A stretch of 64,000 bases of DNA from Anthoceros angustus. Its lineage: Eukaryota; Plantae; Anthocerotophyta. The translations under genes and the position numbers were made by a program. The notes below the pieces were generated by a model that saw only the letters and a list, made by a program, of their open reading frames with translations, ran no database searches and had not been told where the DNA came from. Below, in pieces: positions 49,998-61,636 of this stretch (positions are counted from its first letter, which is position 1; every line of letters begins with the position of its first letter). The DNA is taken from positions 1 to 64,000 of the forward strand of contig MU008229.1 in the NCBI GenBank assembly GCA_010909165.1, given 5' to 3'.

Positions 49998-51408
49998 TCA
50001 AGGGAAGGCATCCAACCTTGGTTGAAACAGGCTTGGACCTCCGTCCCTGAGGCAATTCATATGGAAGACCTGCCAAGACTTTGAAACCATATCGAACGCC
50101 AGAGCATACTTCCAGCTCACATTAGTCGACTTGTAGTAGTGACACCTGTAGTACACCTCCACATCTAGGCAGATTAAATCCCCTATGGCAACCCCTCCAA
50201 CCAGCTGCGCTTTGCAATGATCCTGATCCCATGGTTCACCCAGTTCCGCAGATGTCTTGGCGACTTCCTCCCACACCCCGTCCCTTTTATCAAGCTTCCA
50301 TATTGCAAACATGAAATATGCATCAGCATTCAAGAGGTCTCCTACCAGGAGCACTTCTTCTTTGTACTCAAGTAACGCTGAGTGGGTGAGAAGATTGAGA
50401 GGAAGCATGATCTCACACTTCCTTACAAGTTTCCCATCAAGCAGGTTGTACACAACAACTTGCTGGTCATCAATATCCACGTAATACAGCACCCTCACTG
50501 GTAACCATGTACGAACCGCCAAAACAGGGAGCCCGGCTGGGATCACCTCGGAAAGTTTTCCACGAGTCTGCCTCTGAGGAGTACACATGGACAGTCCAAT
50601 GAGTGCAATCCTCATCTGTCTCACAAACCACAATGACCTGGAAGGAATCCAACCCCGAGTTGGCGACCAGAGACGACTCCCAATACTGCTCATCCTGTAA
50701 GGAAAACTCTGGCAATGCTTTCCAAAGCCTCAAAATGGGATTACAAACATACAGCGCCACCTTGTTGTGTTTCCTGGGGAAGGTACAACAGCAGATCAAG
50801 CCTTTGTCTGCAGCACCGGCCGAAGATATACTCGTAGGGACGAAGGACAAGTCCAGTTTGTAGACTGTGGGCCCTAGAGAATCTACACCCTCTTCTTTGT
50901 TGGAAACCAGCTGGTAAGCAGAGATCTGCGGACCCGTGGGCACGCACTGCTTCAAAAAGGAGCTGGACGACATCCGAGCAAGCCAGCTTCTACACACAGT
51001 GCGGAACCTAAAATTACTGGCAATGGGCAATTTTTGAAGCACCCTCTCCAAGATATCCTCGGGCAGTTGGCTCCACAGACCTGGATCCATCTCCTCCACA
51101 GTCTCATCGCGCGTGCTTCCCAGGTCTCCACTCAGCATATTCAACACCAAAAGCTTGTAGACTACAGCCTCCTCAACCTCACTCTCGTCGTCAGACGCAA
51201 CTCCAACGCCGCCCTGCCACACGTGCAACATCAGGTGCAGGTCGGAGTGGTCCACGTCACTGCTGTTCTCCTCCAGTGCCGCTTCCATTACTTCGATCTC
51301 GTCATCCAGGAGATGCAGCAGAAGATGGTTGTGGATGTCATTGTCCTCGAACTCACTCGTCGTCGACTCGGTCTCCCACTCACTGCTTCCACTCTCAACA
51401 TCCGACAT
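49998..51408 (-). CDS. Intronless F-box protein with an acidic N-terminus; one frameshift near 50520
   Basis: WSQLPEDILERVLQKLPIASNFRFRTVCRSW, LYVCNPILRLWKALP, C-terminal FQPRLDAFP. Confidence 0.85.
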
Positions 51409-52325
51409 TGTAGCACCTTCCTGCAAACACCAGTCCTCACAGCACCTGGACCACCCTCAGAAAATTTGCCACAGCACTAGCGTCGCGCCGCACCAGCTGC
51501 ACCGCAAAGCAAAACCAAATCAGAAGCCTTCAGAGTGAGCAAAAGGAAGTAAATTTCTGAAAGGCCACCGCGAAACCATTCGAAAGCCCAACCAATCTCC
51601 TGTCCAACCCGAACAGATCTAATGCCAACCTCATGCCGTTTGATTGCAAACACAAGACAGTAGCGAGACCTTCAACAACCCTGCTCTACAACAAACCCAA
51701 ATCCATTTCCTTCCAGCTACCCGCTCCAAAGCAGCCCGGATGCACCCGGCAATCGACTTCGAGCAACACGCTACACATCTCCCCGTCCCCGTGAAGCATC
51801 TAAGCCTGATCTCAGCCAAGCAAAGGAAGTTAACCTAGAACGCAATACGGAAGCCCTAGAATCCCAATGTACAAATGAGACATATGTCTCCGACGTTCCA
51901 GAGATACATACGACTCAAACTCGTGGATTCATACGATACTTACACATCTACGTTCTCTTGTCGCTGTTTACCTGTAGTTGAGTTTGCATCTTCCAGGTGA
52001 GAAGCTACCGTGAAGTCGAAGCAACAGGACACGATGAGAAGCTGCAGTGGAGATGGCACCAGCGGGCTACGGGAAATTTGGCTCTTATAGCTGGGAGGGA
52101 AGATGGAGGAGGAGAATCCGGGGAGGAAGGGAGGAATATGGATGCAGCAGCCGCAGCTGATGGGAGTGGACGATGGCCTAGATTTTGATTGGTGTGCCGT
52201 GATGAAAGTGTTGGTGTGGTGAAGGAGGTGAAGGTGTGAAGTCTCCAGGGACCTCTGCCCTTGCGCTTGGAGCTTTGGTTGGCCGCCCTGCTCTGCGGCA
52301 GGGAGGCCGGGCTGTGTGCGGGACC

Positions 52326-53194
52326 ATGATTTTGCCTGTGGCGAAGCTGGGGACGCTGCTTTTAAGAACTCTTAGCAAGCCTCTGGCAGCGCGGCTCAAA
52401 GCGCAGGCAGCAATGCATCCGAAATTTCGGGATACGATTGTGTCTGTGGCGCAGGTGTGGTGGTGTGTTGATGTGCTGTTGGTTAGGCGAGACTGGTTTG
52501 GTTTGGCATTGCTGACATCTTGTGACATAGTGTGTGTTTTTTGGCAGGCGAATCATAGATTCACTGTGAATGTCCAGAGACGAATTTATGGTCATGCGAC
52601 GGATGTGGAGATCCGTCCTCTGAATGAGGAGAAGGCAATTCAAGCTGCCACTGACCTGGTTGGAGAGATCATCGTTTTTTCGGTATGCCATGCCCTGGGA
52701 ATGGATGTGAAAGGGAATCTTTGGGAATGAAACCCTAAGGTGTGCTTTGGTTGCGGAATTGGACGGTGCCTGCTTCAGTTGTTGTTTTGTTTGATGAAGA
52801 TGGCAAGTCTTTGATTTGCGGTTGATGGTTTTCTTTTTTAGTGACAGGTAGGAGGAGCTGTGGTTGTTTTTGAGGTATCGAGGAATGCAAGGTCTGAGGC
52901 ACGGAAGGAGGAAGCAAGGAAGAAAGAGCTTGAGGTATTCACATTGATTTCAAGTACAGAAGCGATTGAGCAATGTGTGAATGTAGGTTCATTCTTCTGC
53001 TGCCGAAGCTCCCCTCGCCAGATTGTGTATGTTCTGGGCAGGATTTGAAGTCCAGAGACGAAGCTGCCATACAAGAAATTGAAGCGTTGAAGCAGAGGTT
53101 GAGTGATCTTGAACGAGGAACGCGAGGGCGAGGTATCACGAGTTGGTTACCAGGAGGCAGCGGATCTACTGGCACAGCACCTGCAGGTGCATGA
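52326..53194 (+). CDS. OPA3: OPA3-like mitochondrial protein, 4 exons
   Basis: MILPVAKLGTLLLRTLSKPLAARLK...IRPLNEEKAIQAATDLVGEIIVFS|VGGAVVVFEVSRNARSEARKEE, then a coiled-coil tail; GT-AG introns. Confidence 0.92.
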
Positions 53195-54162
53195 ACTCAT
53201 CTTGGAGGTCTACTTTGCAGTTGAGATGACAAAAAATGGCTGTCAGGTGTTTGCCCCATGGAATGCCCCTGACAATTCAGATAGACAATCCTCGCATTCG
53301 GAGATAGGTGACAGGAGATCCAAGTGTATCTTGACCTCCATGGCTGCTTATGGTCGAACTTGAGCCATCGCAGCTTGCCGATGCTGTTACTGAGTCAGGA
53401 TCCTAGCTTGCAGGGGAGACCTTATTAGCATTAGCTGGAAGCTAATTGGCGTTCAAAGCAATCGCTTATTTTTCTGGCTCTTTAGCGGGCCCTTCGTATT
53501 CATTCATATGACTTGTCATGTTTATACTAACGCCATCCTTTCCATACCTGGATACTCAAGCCCCATTGCTCTTGGGCTTTGTGGCATGGAGTGTTTCCTG
53601 TTATTGCCTGTTCTTTTATGGAACAATCGCAGAGAAAGGTACTGATCAAGCCAGGTAGGTGGAGTCAAGGGGTTCTGAATACGTCGTTCCTGAGGGTGTG
53701 ATGGTGGATGGCAGTGGACAGGACTCAAGGAAACGCCCGAGCTGGCTTGGTGGCGGAGGCCACGATTGAGGGCAAGTCTTGGCATGGAGCTTAGTCAGCA
53801 TTTGAAAGCCTTCTACGCATTTGAAGAATACTGGGGTACGGCACCAGCGAAAAGGGCATTCTTTGCATGCTTGCTGGCCAGGGTATTCAGTGTCGTCGTT
53901 CCCATTCCCATGCTCGCTTCGTGAGAATGAACAGTACATTGATCCACCAGCGCTTGTCGTTTTAGGAACAATCCTTCCGTTTGGAAGCCACAGTGCGCAC
54001 AGTAATTCAATTTGTTTTGTGTCTTACGAAGAGAGGTGGATCACTGTCCAGAATTCATGCTCATGTGTCCAATCGGGCACCTTCCCATCATGTAAAGCAA
54101 GCACCCAAAAAAAACCCAATTCCAGTGGAGTGCACACTAGAGCACTGGGTAGTCTATTATTC

Positions 54163-56884
54163 TCACGGTCGGCCCTTACAACTGCAACAACCGGCTGCGA
54201 ATCGATGAACACGGTACCCATCCCTTACAACAATGTCTCTATGTTCAAGCCTTGACATGATCTCCGTGGAACTGTGGCAGTCGCTGCACATGCGTAGATT
54301 CTTCGTTACCACCAGAGGTGTCCCACTGGAGTGTTCAAGAGACCAAACGCCAGAGCTAGCTTCTCAGCGTGCCCACAAAGCACATCTTCCTTTTCCTTCT
54401 CACACACTGGCTTCAGCACCAATTTTGTGTGAGGTACGTGGCCTCCTTCCTGCTTCAAACGTGCATTCATGCTCTCTACCTTTTGCAAAATATCCTCTCT
54501 TCTTTCTCCCACCAGAAATCGATGCACCTCCTTATTCACCTCAATGGTTGCCAATGCAGCTTTCTTGTTAGCTCCTGCTTCCCTTCTCTGTGTTTCAATC
54601 CTGTCTACATCGGTCCACCTGCCTGCATCTGCGTAGGCATTGGCCATAAGCACATATGCAGGCGCCTGCTGGGGGTCCAGCCTGACAATGCTTTCAAAAC
54701 ACCACTTCGCCCTTTCTATATCCCCATGACTTTTGCAGGAATTCAGCAAAGACACGAACCCCACGACATCACTTTGGCCCTGACATGACAATAGCTTCTC
54801 TGCCTCATCTAAATGGCCTGCACGCCCAAGAAGATCAATCATGCAAGTGTAATGCTCAATAGTAGGTATGATGCCATGCTGTTCAGCCATGGAATAAAAG
54901 TGCTTGCGACCCTCGTGGACCAGTCCCTCATGACTGCATGCTACTAGAAGGCAAGTCAAAGTAGCATCATCAGGCTGGATACCGGCAGCTAACATCTCCT
55001 CAAAACAAGCAAGTGCCTTGTGACCTTCATCACAAGTACCATAGCCAGATATCAGGGCGTCCATGTCACCACATCCTTTGTGGCCATGCTGTCAAAAACC
55101 TGGCGTGCATCTTCCAGTTCACCACATTTTGCATACATGTCCACCAGGCAGGTGCCCACACTACGTTATCCAGCAGTCCTCTTTCCACAATCTGAGTGCA
55201 GCTGCCTGCCCTTCTGTAAGGCACCACCTTGCACAGGCCTTCAGAAGGCAAGCAAAAGTAACATTGTCAGCCAGAATGAGGCCCCCCTTCTCCATCTGTC
55301 CATACAGAACAAGAGCCTCATGTCGAGCCCTGCTGTGCATACCCAGCAATCAGGGCATTCCATGTCACCACATCTTTGTGGCCATGCTGTCAAAAACCTG
55401 GCGTGCATCTTCCAGTTCACCACATTTTGCATACCCAGATATCAGGGCATTCCATGTCACCACATCCTTTGTGCCATGCTGTCAAAAACTTCGCGTGCAT
55501 CTTTCAGTTCGCCACATTTTGCATACATGTCCACCAGGCAGTTGCCAACAAACAAGTTAGTAGGAATGCCACTGTCCAACACATCACAGTGCACTTTTCT
55601 GCCAGACTCCAAGTCGGAGGCCAATGCACATGCTTGAAGGGCAGCTACAAAGACGTGAGCATCTGCCTTCACTCCTGACCTACACATCTCATGGTACAGT
55701 TGTATGGCCCCGTCAGGTTTCCCATGCTTAGCATATGCAGAGATTATGGAAAACCACATGAAGGCATTTGGTTTGCCCACCCTGGTGAACACATCCATGG
55801 CCTCCTCTAGCCTACCTCCACATGCATACATGCGCAAGATATGGTTCCCCAAGTATGCATTCGACTCGTACCCAAGTTTGACAGTGAGATCATGAACTCG
55901 TCGCCCCACAGCCAGATCCTTCTGAGCTGTACACAGTTTCAGCACAGTGTAAAACAGAGACTGAGAAATAGCCGAGTCTGTCAGCGCCAGAGACTCGAGG
56001 ACTCCAACAGCCTCAGAAAGCTTCCCCTGCTGACATAACGTGCTCACGGTTACAGCCGATCCTGCACACCTGCCAGGTTCAGGCTTATCCAGAGAGCTGG
56101 ACTCGGACGGAGAGGCACCATGACCCATCTGCATATCCAAGGAAACGAGCTGCTCATCAACCCAAGCTGGCTTAAACGCATTGTTCAACCACAACACCTC
56201 GCCGGACCCCTTACGCCGGAAGTCAGGCCTGCCGGCGCTCTTCTTATCTCGTCTGTTGTCCCACCACATGGTAGGGTCCAGAAAAAATAGTTGCCACAAG
56301 TGCTCCTGCTCCTGCTCCTGGCGACGACCATCGTTGGAAAACCAGTCCCCATCCACCGAATTCCTCGGAAGTGAAACCGCTGGGCTCCTCACACTGCTGC
56401 ACCTGGAGCCCATTTCCAATTCTGCACTCCTCCCAAGTTCAGGATTATCCCGAGAGCTCGATTTGGAAGGAGAAGAGCCATGGCCCATCTGCATATCCCA
56501 GGAAACGAGCTGCTCATCAACCCAGGCTGGCTTGAACATGTTGTTTAACCACAGCACCTCGCCGGACCCCTTACGCCGGAAGTCAGGCGAACGGGAGCTC
56601 TTCTTATCGAGTCTGTTGTCCCACCACATGGTAGGGTCCAGAAAAAATTGTTGCCACAAGTGCTCCTCCTCCTGGCGACGAACATCGATGGAAACCCCGT
56701 CTCCACCCACACATTTTCTCGAAAGAGGAAGTGCTGGGCTTCTTACACTGCTGCACCTGGAGGCTTTGTTTTCCAGGGGTTGACATCCTGAAGTGAGGTG
56801 AGCGGGAGCAGCTCCCAAAACAATCCCTTTACACACACCAATATGTTGGGTCCACAACGGATCCGGTTGCCATACTATGGACAT
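54163..56884 (-). CDS. PLS-PPR-E-DYW:KP (GRP-ending) RNA editing factor with two N-terminal OSB-type PDF motifs; frameshifted in this assembly
   Basis: 2x [20 protein letters not shown]...[23 protein letters not shown], P/L/S motifs, E domain, [16 protein letters not shown]. After a 1-nt shift near 54320 it reads [10 protein letters not shown]...[14 protein letters not shown]. Confidence 0.88.
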
Positions 56885-58569
56885 AGTTCAGGGACCGCTC
56901 TCGGAAGATGGGAGTCTAACAGCAAACCATGGCCGGCTGCACAAGTACATGCTATGACCATACCACCCTGAAGGATTCGCAGACGAGTTTTCTCTGGGAT
57001 ACCCAGGAAATAAAAACAGTTTATAATTTTGATGTTTTGGTACGTAGACAGACTGTAATCCGTTCTACTTTACACATTCTGCCACCAAACTGCAGACTGC
57101 AGACCTCAGCAAGCATAGGCATCTATCCTTCGGCCACCGGTTCACAAAAGGAACGTAGTCTAGTCCATATCAAGATTGCAGCCCGATCTTAAGGAAAATC
57201 TCTATCACTTGAGCAAACCCATCCAAAATTGCACAAATTGTTCACTATTTAACCCATATGATAAGGGGAGTTCAATTGAGGTTATTGTGCTTCAATATGT
57301 TTTCCTTTAACGTGTATTATTCTATATAATATTATTATTTATATACATATATATTGTATCCTTCGGTCCTTATCTTAGTTATACAGTATAGGCTCTTATA
57401 TTTGGCCACGTAGATCTATTTTATCTTCTTCTTAGGTCGTATAAGTTAAAGTAAATATATCTTTTCATAATCATAGATTCCTCAAGAGTTTTCGCTTCCA
57501 CTCTCTAGGTTATATGCTTTTATATTTAGCTCATTGGCTCTCATCATTACCCTTTTAGGCTCTTATCTTTTTCTTAGGTCGTTTAACCCGAGGTAAATGC
57601 ACCTCTCTAACGAAATTCAATCTATTCACAAAATTAACAAAGAGCAATGATTCAATTAATAAGTTTATGCTTATGATTTTTCATTAAATTAGAATTACAG
57701 TTCTTGAATTTTGTACTCAAGATTGCTTTGCATAAAATTCTCAATAATTTCAAAACAATGTCTTTCTAGGCACAAGAATCGTTTTCATAACATCATGACA
57801 ACCGCCTTTTAACAATTAAGTTATGTTCTTAACTCCTATTGTGACATTCATAAGTTACAATCTCTAGCAACTGGTACATGCTCTTTACCCTTTCATACCT
57901 TTTGTGGCTTTATTTACTTCTCCAAACTAGAACTTTAATGTTATTGGTGGGAGTCTTTAAACTACTCGTGGGAGTTTAACAAAGAATAAGGAGCGTTTAA
58001 CATGAGAACTTTGTTTACACACTGCTCGTAATTTTCTTGCAATTCTTTCGGACGCGTTGAACCGGGCCTGCCGGTTTCCCTCTCGAGGGACTTTGAGACG
58101 TGATAGCATATGTAATCTATAATTTCAAACTATAAATTTATTATTGAAAAAAAAAATATGCAAACTCTTTCCCATAGCCTTGCAAGCTTTATTTATTCCT
58201 AGAACTCAGCTCTGAAAGCACTTTTCAGTAGCTTTGCAAACTTTGTATCAAGCAACTAAACACCACATGTCCTCGACTTTTCAAGTTATGATAAAGCCCA
58301 ATGCCTATTGTTTCCTCAAGTCGGGATGCATGTTAGTGCACAATTGGCTGTCCTCACATAAGGATTTTCACGATTATCTATGTTAGAATCGGTTGCAACC
58401 TTTTACTAGACGGACACACACAAGGGTGAATGGGCAACCTTCTAGAAGGTTCAAAGTAGAAATTCACAACAAAACTGCCTTTCCTTGTAGAATACTCACT
58501 CACAAAAGGGTTGAAGCTCCAACCAATGGATGCCACTAGAGGCGAACTTTAGAAGTTGGGTTTAATGAA

Positions 58570-59260
58570 CGTAATTGTATCACTTCATTGCACAGTTGAT
58601 TAATGAACAAAGCCAACCCTAGCTCTCCCTCTTACAACCTCCTTGGCTATAGGTCTTCCCAATTGCTTTGGCTCAATACTGACTCCAAGTCCTCTTTTTG
58701 TTGGCTCTCCCAGGCTGCTGATTAGCTCAAAAGGCTTGAGTTTGAACCTTTTAGACTCCCGACCTAGCCAACTCCCTACTCCCAGCTTTCCCTCTCTCAC
58801 CTCCCCTCCAACCACCTCATCTGGAAGGACCTCAAATTGAGATAGCTTCATCTCACTTGGTCCCCTATTTCACCCACCCTCCTCTCAAGCCCAATCTCCG
58901 TTTCTACAATGAGAAGTTTCGTGTCAATCTCCTTCTGGTTTCCATTATTCCCACGTTACCTTAGTTCTCCCCTCTCCTTCAAACTCCGTACAAGCCTTGG
59001 TCAATTCCGTATTGCCTCCCATCACCTCCATGTTAAGACCGACCGTTTGCTTAAGCCCGTGCCTCCTCAGGAAGAACGTATTTGCAATCTCTGCTCTTGG
59101 AACTTGATGTGAAATGCATTTCCTATTCTATTGTCCTGCTTATGCTGACATTCGGGCTCGATATATTCTTCTTTCTTAGTGTACTAGTTTTTCCCTACAC
59201 ACATTTTCCGTTTTTCATTTTAGTTTTCCCTTGCTCGGATGAGGTGCTACCTATCCCCTG
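58570..59260 (+). mobile_element. Degenerate 3' ORF2 fragment of a non-LTR retrotransposon (RTE/L2-like C-terminal zinc-knuckle region)
   Basis: LGQFRIASHHLHVKTDR...ERICNLC...EMHFLFYCPAYADIR fits the H-L-x-xE-xGR...C-x2-C...H-x4-C LINE tail. Confidence 0.7.
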
Positions 59261-60135
59261 TTGTAAAAAAGCCCTACAGGACTACATGTTGCAAAAGCCT
59301 TATGGGGCTACTCTGAATAAAATCCAGGATAGAAAAAAAAAAAACCCCGACGAAGTGAAGCAATACTCTCTACCCGACCAAACTCTTGTTGAGGATACCC
59401 TCATCCTCAAAGTGTCGTGGGCAGGGTCCCCCGTCTCTTTGCGATTGCGTCCCGTGTTCCTTCTAACCTTCACCGATCCCTTTGGCTTGGTCGTGATCTT
59501 TGCCTTCCGGGCTCTAAATGCTACGGAAGTCTGCTGGGCATAATTAGGTAGGTAGTGTGCGAGGCAGCCACTCGTCTAGATTAGCGTTTCGAGTGGGCCT
59601 TTGGGCCGTATTTTGTTCGATTTTTGGTAATTAATTAAATAATTAACGGGAGTTCAACAAAGGAAAAAAAAGACAGCAGTGACTCATTTTTGTTTGTAGT
59701 CGGTACCCAGGTGCATACGCTATAGCATAGAGCTGATTTGGAGGAAGAAGGACAGGCGAATTCCACGTTTTTCCAATAGCCCTAAACCAGCGCTTTTCGG
59801 ACACGGGTTGGTGAACGCAGAGGACCGGCTGGGAAAGGACGCTGAAGTTGATGTCCAGATTCTTCTATCAGCTTCTTGGAGGCTTGGAGGTTTGGAGGCT
59901 TTGCGTTGCGTTGAGTGTCGCAGCGCCTCCAGAGCCTTCCTCCGGCTAACCATCCCACGGCGTATTGTGAATTGCTGCGGCAGAAGAGGATGCGGGTAGA
60001 GCGTGTGAAGCTGGTGCTGCGCAGAGATGGCAGTGGTTTGAGCGGCAGTGTGTTTTCTCTGGTGTCCATGTCTTAAGGTGAGGTTGGAGTGGTGTGAGGG
60101 TGAGCGGAGGCAACGCATCGGTGGAAGGAAGTGTG

Positions 60136-61440
60136 ATGGAGTCTCATTTCCTCGGCGCATTGCCCGGGGAATGTGACTCTTCGGCAACGGAGGACGAATG
60201 GTGCTCGCACAAGCATCTCATGCTGCACGACTTAAGCGGAACCTTGGAAGGCGGCACCTGGGATGCGGGGGAGGATATGGATAGTGAGATATGGGGAAAG
60301 TTGCCGGAAGATGTGCTGGAGCGGGTGCTGCCCAAGCTGCCGGTTAGGTGTTTATGCAGGTTCCGATCAGTGTGCAAGCGATGGCTGTCGCTACTGTCTT
60401 CGCAGAGTTTCCTGCGCTATTGTTATCCTGCCACGCCGTGCATTTCCGCATTTGAGGTTCTTTCGAGCTGGGAGGAGTGGCCCCGGGAGTGGTGCGGAGC
60501 GTTGGTGAGCTCCTCGGTGTATAAGGTGTACAGGATAGATCTTAGCTTCTTGCCGAAGAAGATTTTTTCCGTGGCCACGTCGCACAAGGGGTTGATATGT
60601 TTCAGCACTTACCCGAAGAACTGCAACACTGTCTCGCTGTGCGTGTGCAATCCTATCACTAGAGTGTGGAAGGCGTTGCCGGAGTTTACCATACCGGTGA
60701 CACATGGGTGGGAGTCGGCCATGGTTGTGGATGATGGCTCTAATGCGTTTAGAGTTATTGTGATCAGCGATGAGATGTTTGTGTCGGATAGTGAGAATGA
60801 GAATGCGTGGACGCTCCACGAGTATTCGTCGGACCGAGATGTGTGGAGGATCATACAAGGGGACAACTCGCGGGATACTTTCTTTGGAGGTGCGTTCTTG
60901 CTCTCGGGGGAGTTGATGTACAGCGTGGACGACGTGGAAGTGCAGCTGTACAGTACAGTGGCGGGGAAGGTGGTTAGGAAGCTGGAGGTGGAAACCCCAG
61001 CTGGAACTTTCTTTCACGCCCGCCTGATGGAACACTATGGGGAGGTGCTGCTGGTTGGGGACATCATGGCTTACAGGGGCTCCACTGTGGGGATCTGGAA
61101 GCTTGACCAGACGAAAGCGGTTTGGGATCCTGTCTCCGTGTTCCCAGAGGTGCAGCTCAGCGAGATGGCGCGGGATTGGGTATTAATAAACAGCCTCACA
61201 GTGGGGCATTTCATCTGTGTGGAGATAGAAGTGTACCAGCTGAACAAAACAGTAGGCTTGCAGTATGTCCTGGCCTTCAACACCAGAGAAGACAGCTGGC
61301 ATACATTCCGAATGAAGAGCGTCAGAGAGAGATCTGAGAGCGTAGCGCGTCAGGAGGACTTCTGGAATTCATACCCATTGAGACGTGTGAGGGACAAAGG
61401 GCTCACTCTCATTGAGCCCAGATTGGATGTATTTATTTAA
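60136..61440 (+). CDS. Intronless F-box protein
   Basis: WGKLPEDVLERVLPKLPVRCLCRFRSVCKRW, LCVCNPITRVWKALP, C-terminal IEPRLDVFI. The ORF is intact. Confidence 0.9.
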   Translation: MESHFLGALPGECDSSATEDEWCSHKHLMLHDLSGTLEGGTWDAGEDMDSEIWGKLPEDVLERVLPKLPVRCLCRFRSVCKRWLSLLSSQSFLRYCYPATPCISAFEVLSSWEEWPREWCGALVSSSVYKVYRIDLSFLPKKIFSVATSHKGLICFSTYPKNCNTVSLCVCNPITRVWKALPEFTIPVTHGWESAMVVDDGSNAFRVIVISDEMFVSDSENENAWTLHEYSSDRDVWRIIQGDNSRDTFFGGAFLLSGELMYSVDDVEVQLYSTVAGKVVRKLEVETPAGTFFHARLMEHYGEVLLVGDIMAYRGSTVGIWKLDQTKAVWDPVSVFPEVQLSEMARDWVLINSLTVGHFICVEIEVYQLNKTVGLQYVLAFNTREDSWHTFRMKSVRERSESVARQEDFWNSYPLRRVRDKGLTLIEPRLDVFI

Positions 61441-61636
61441 ACTTTTGGAGGCTTCTCTTCCAGGAAACCTGTGGGATATGACTTGTAAATATTGGAACGC
61501 TCTCCTTAGTGGGAGCTCATTGTCACACCTGCAAGATTTTGCATGAGCAAAACTAATCTCTGGATTAGCAAACTGGGAAGGAGAAGATGACCACAAAATC
61601 CGGAGACAAGCACTCCCAAGCAACTGTTTCCTCACA

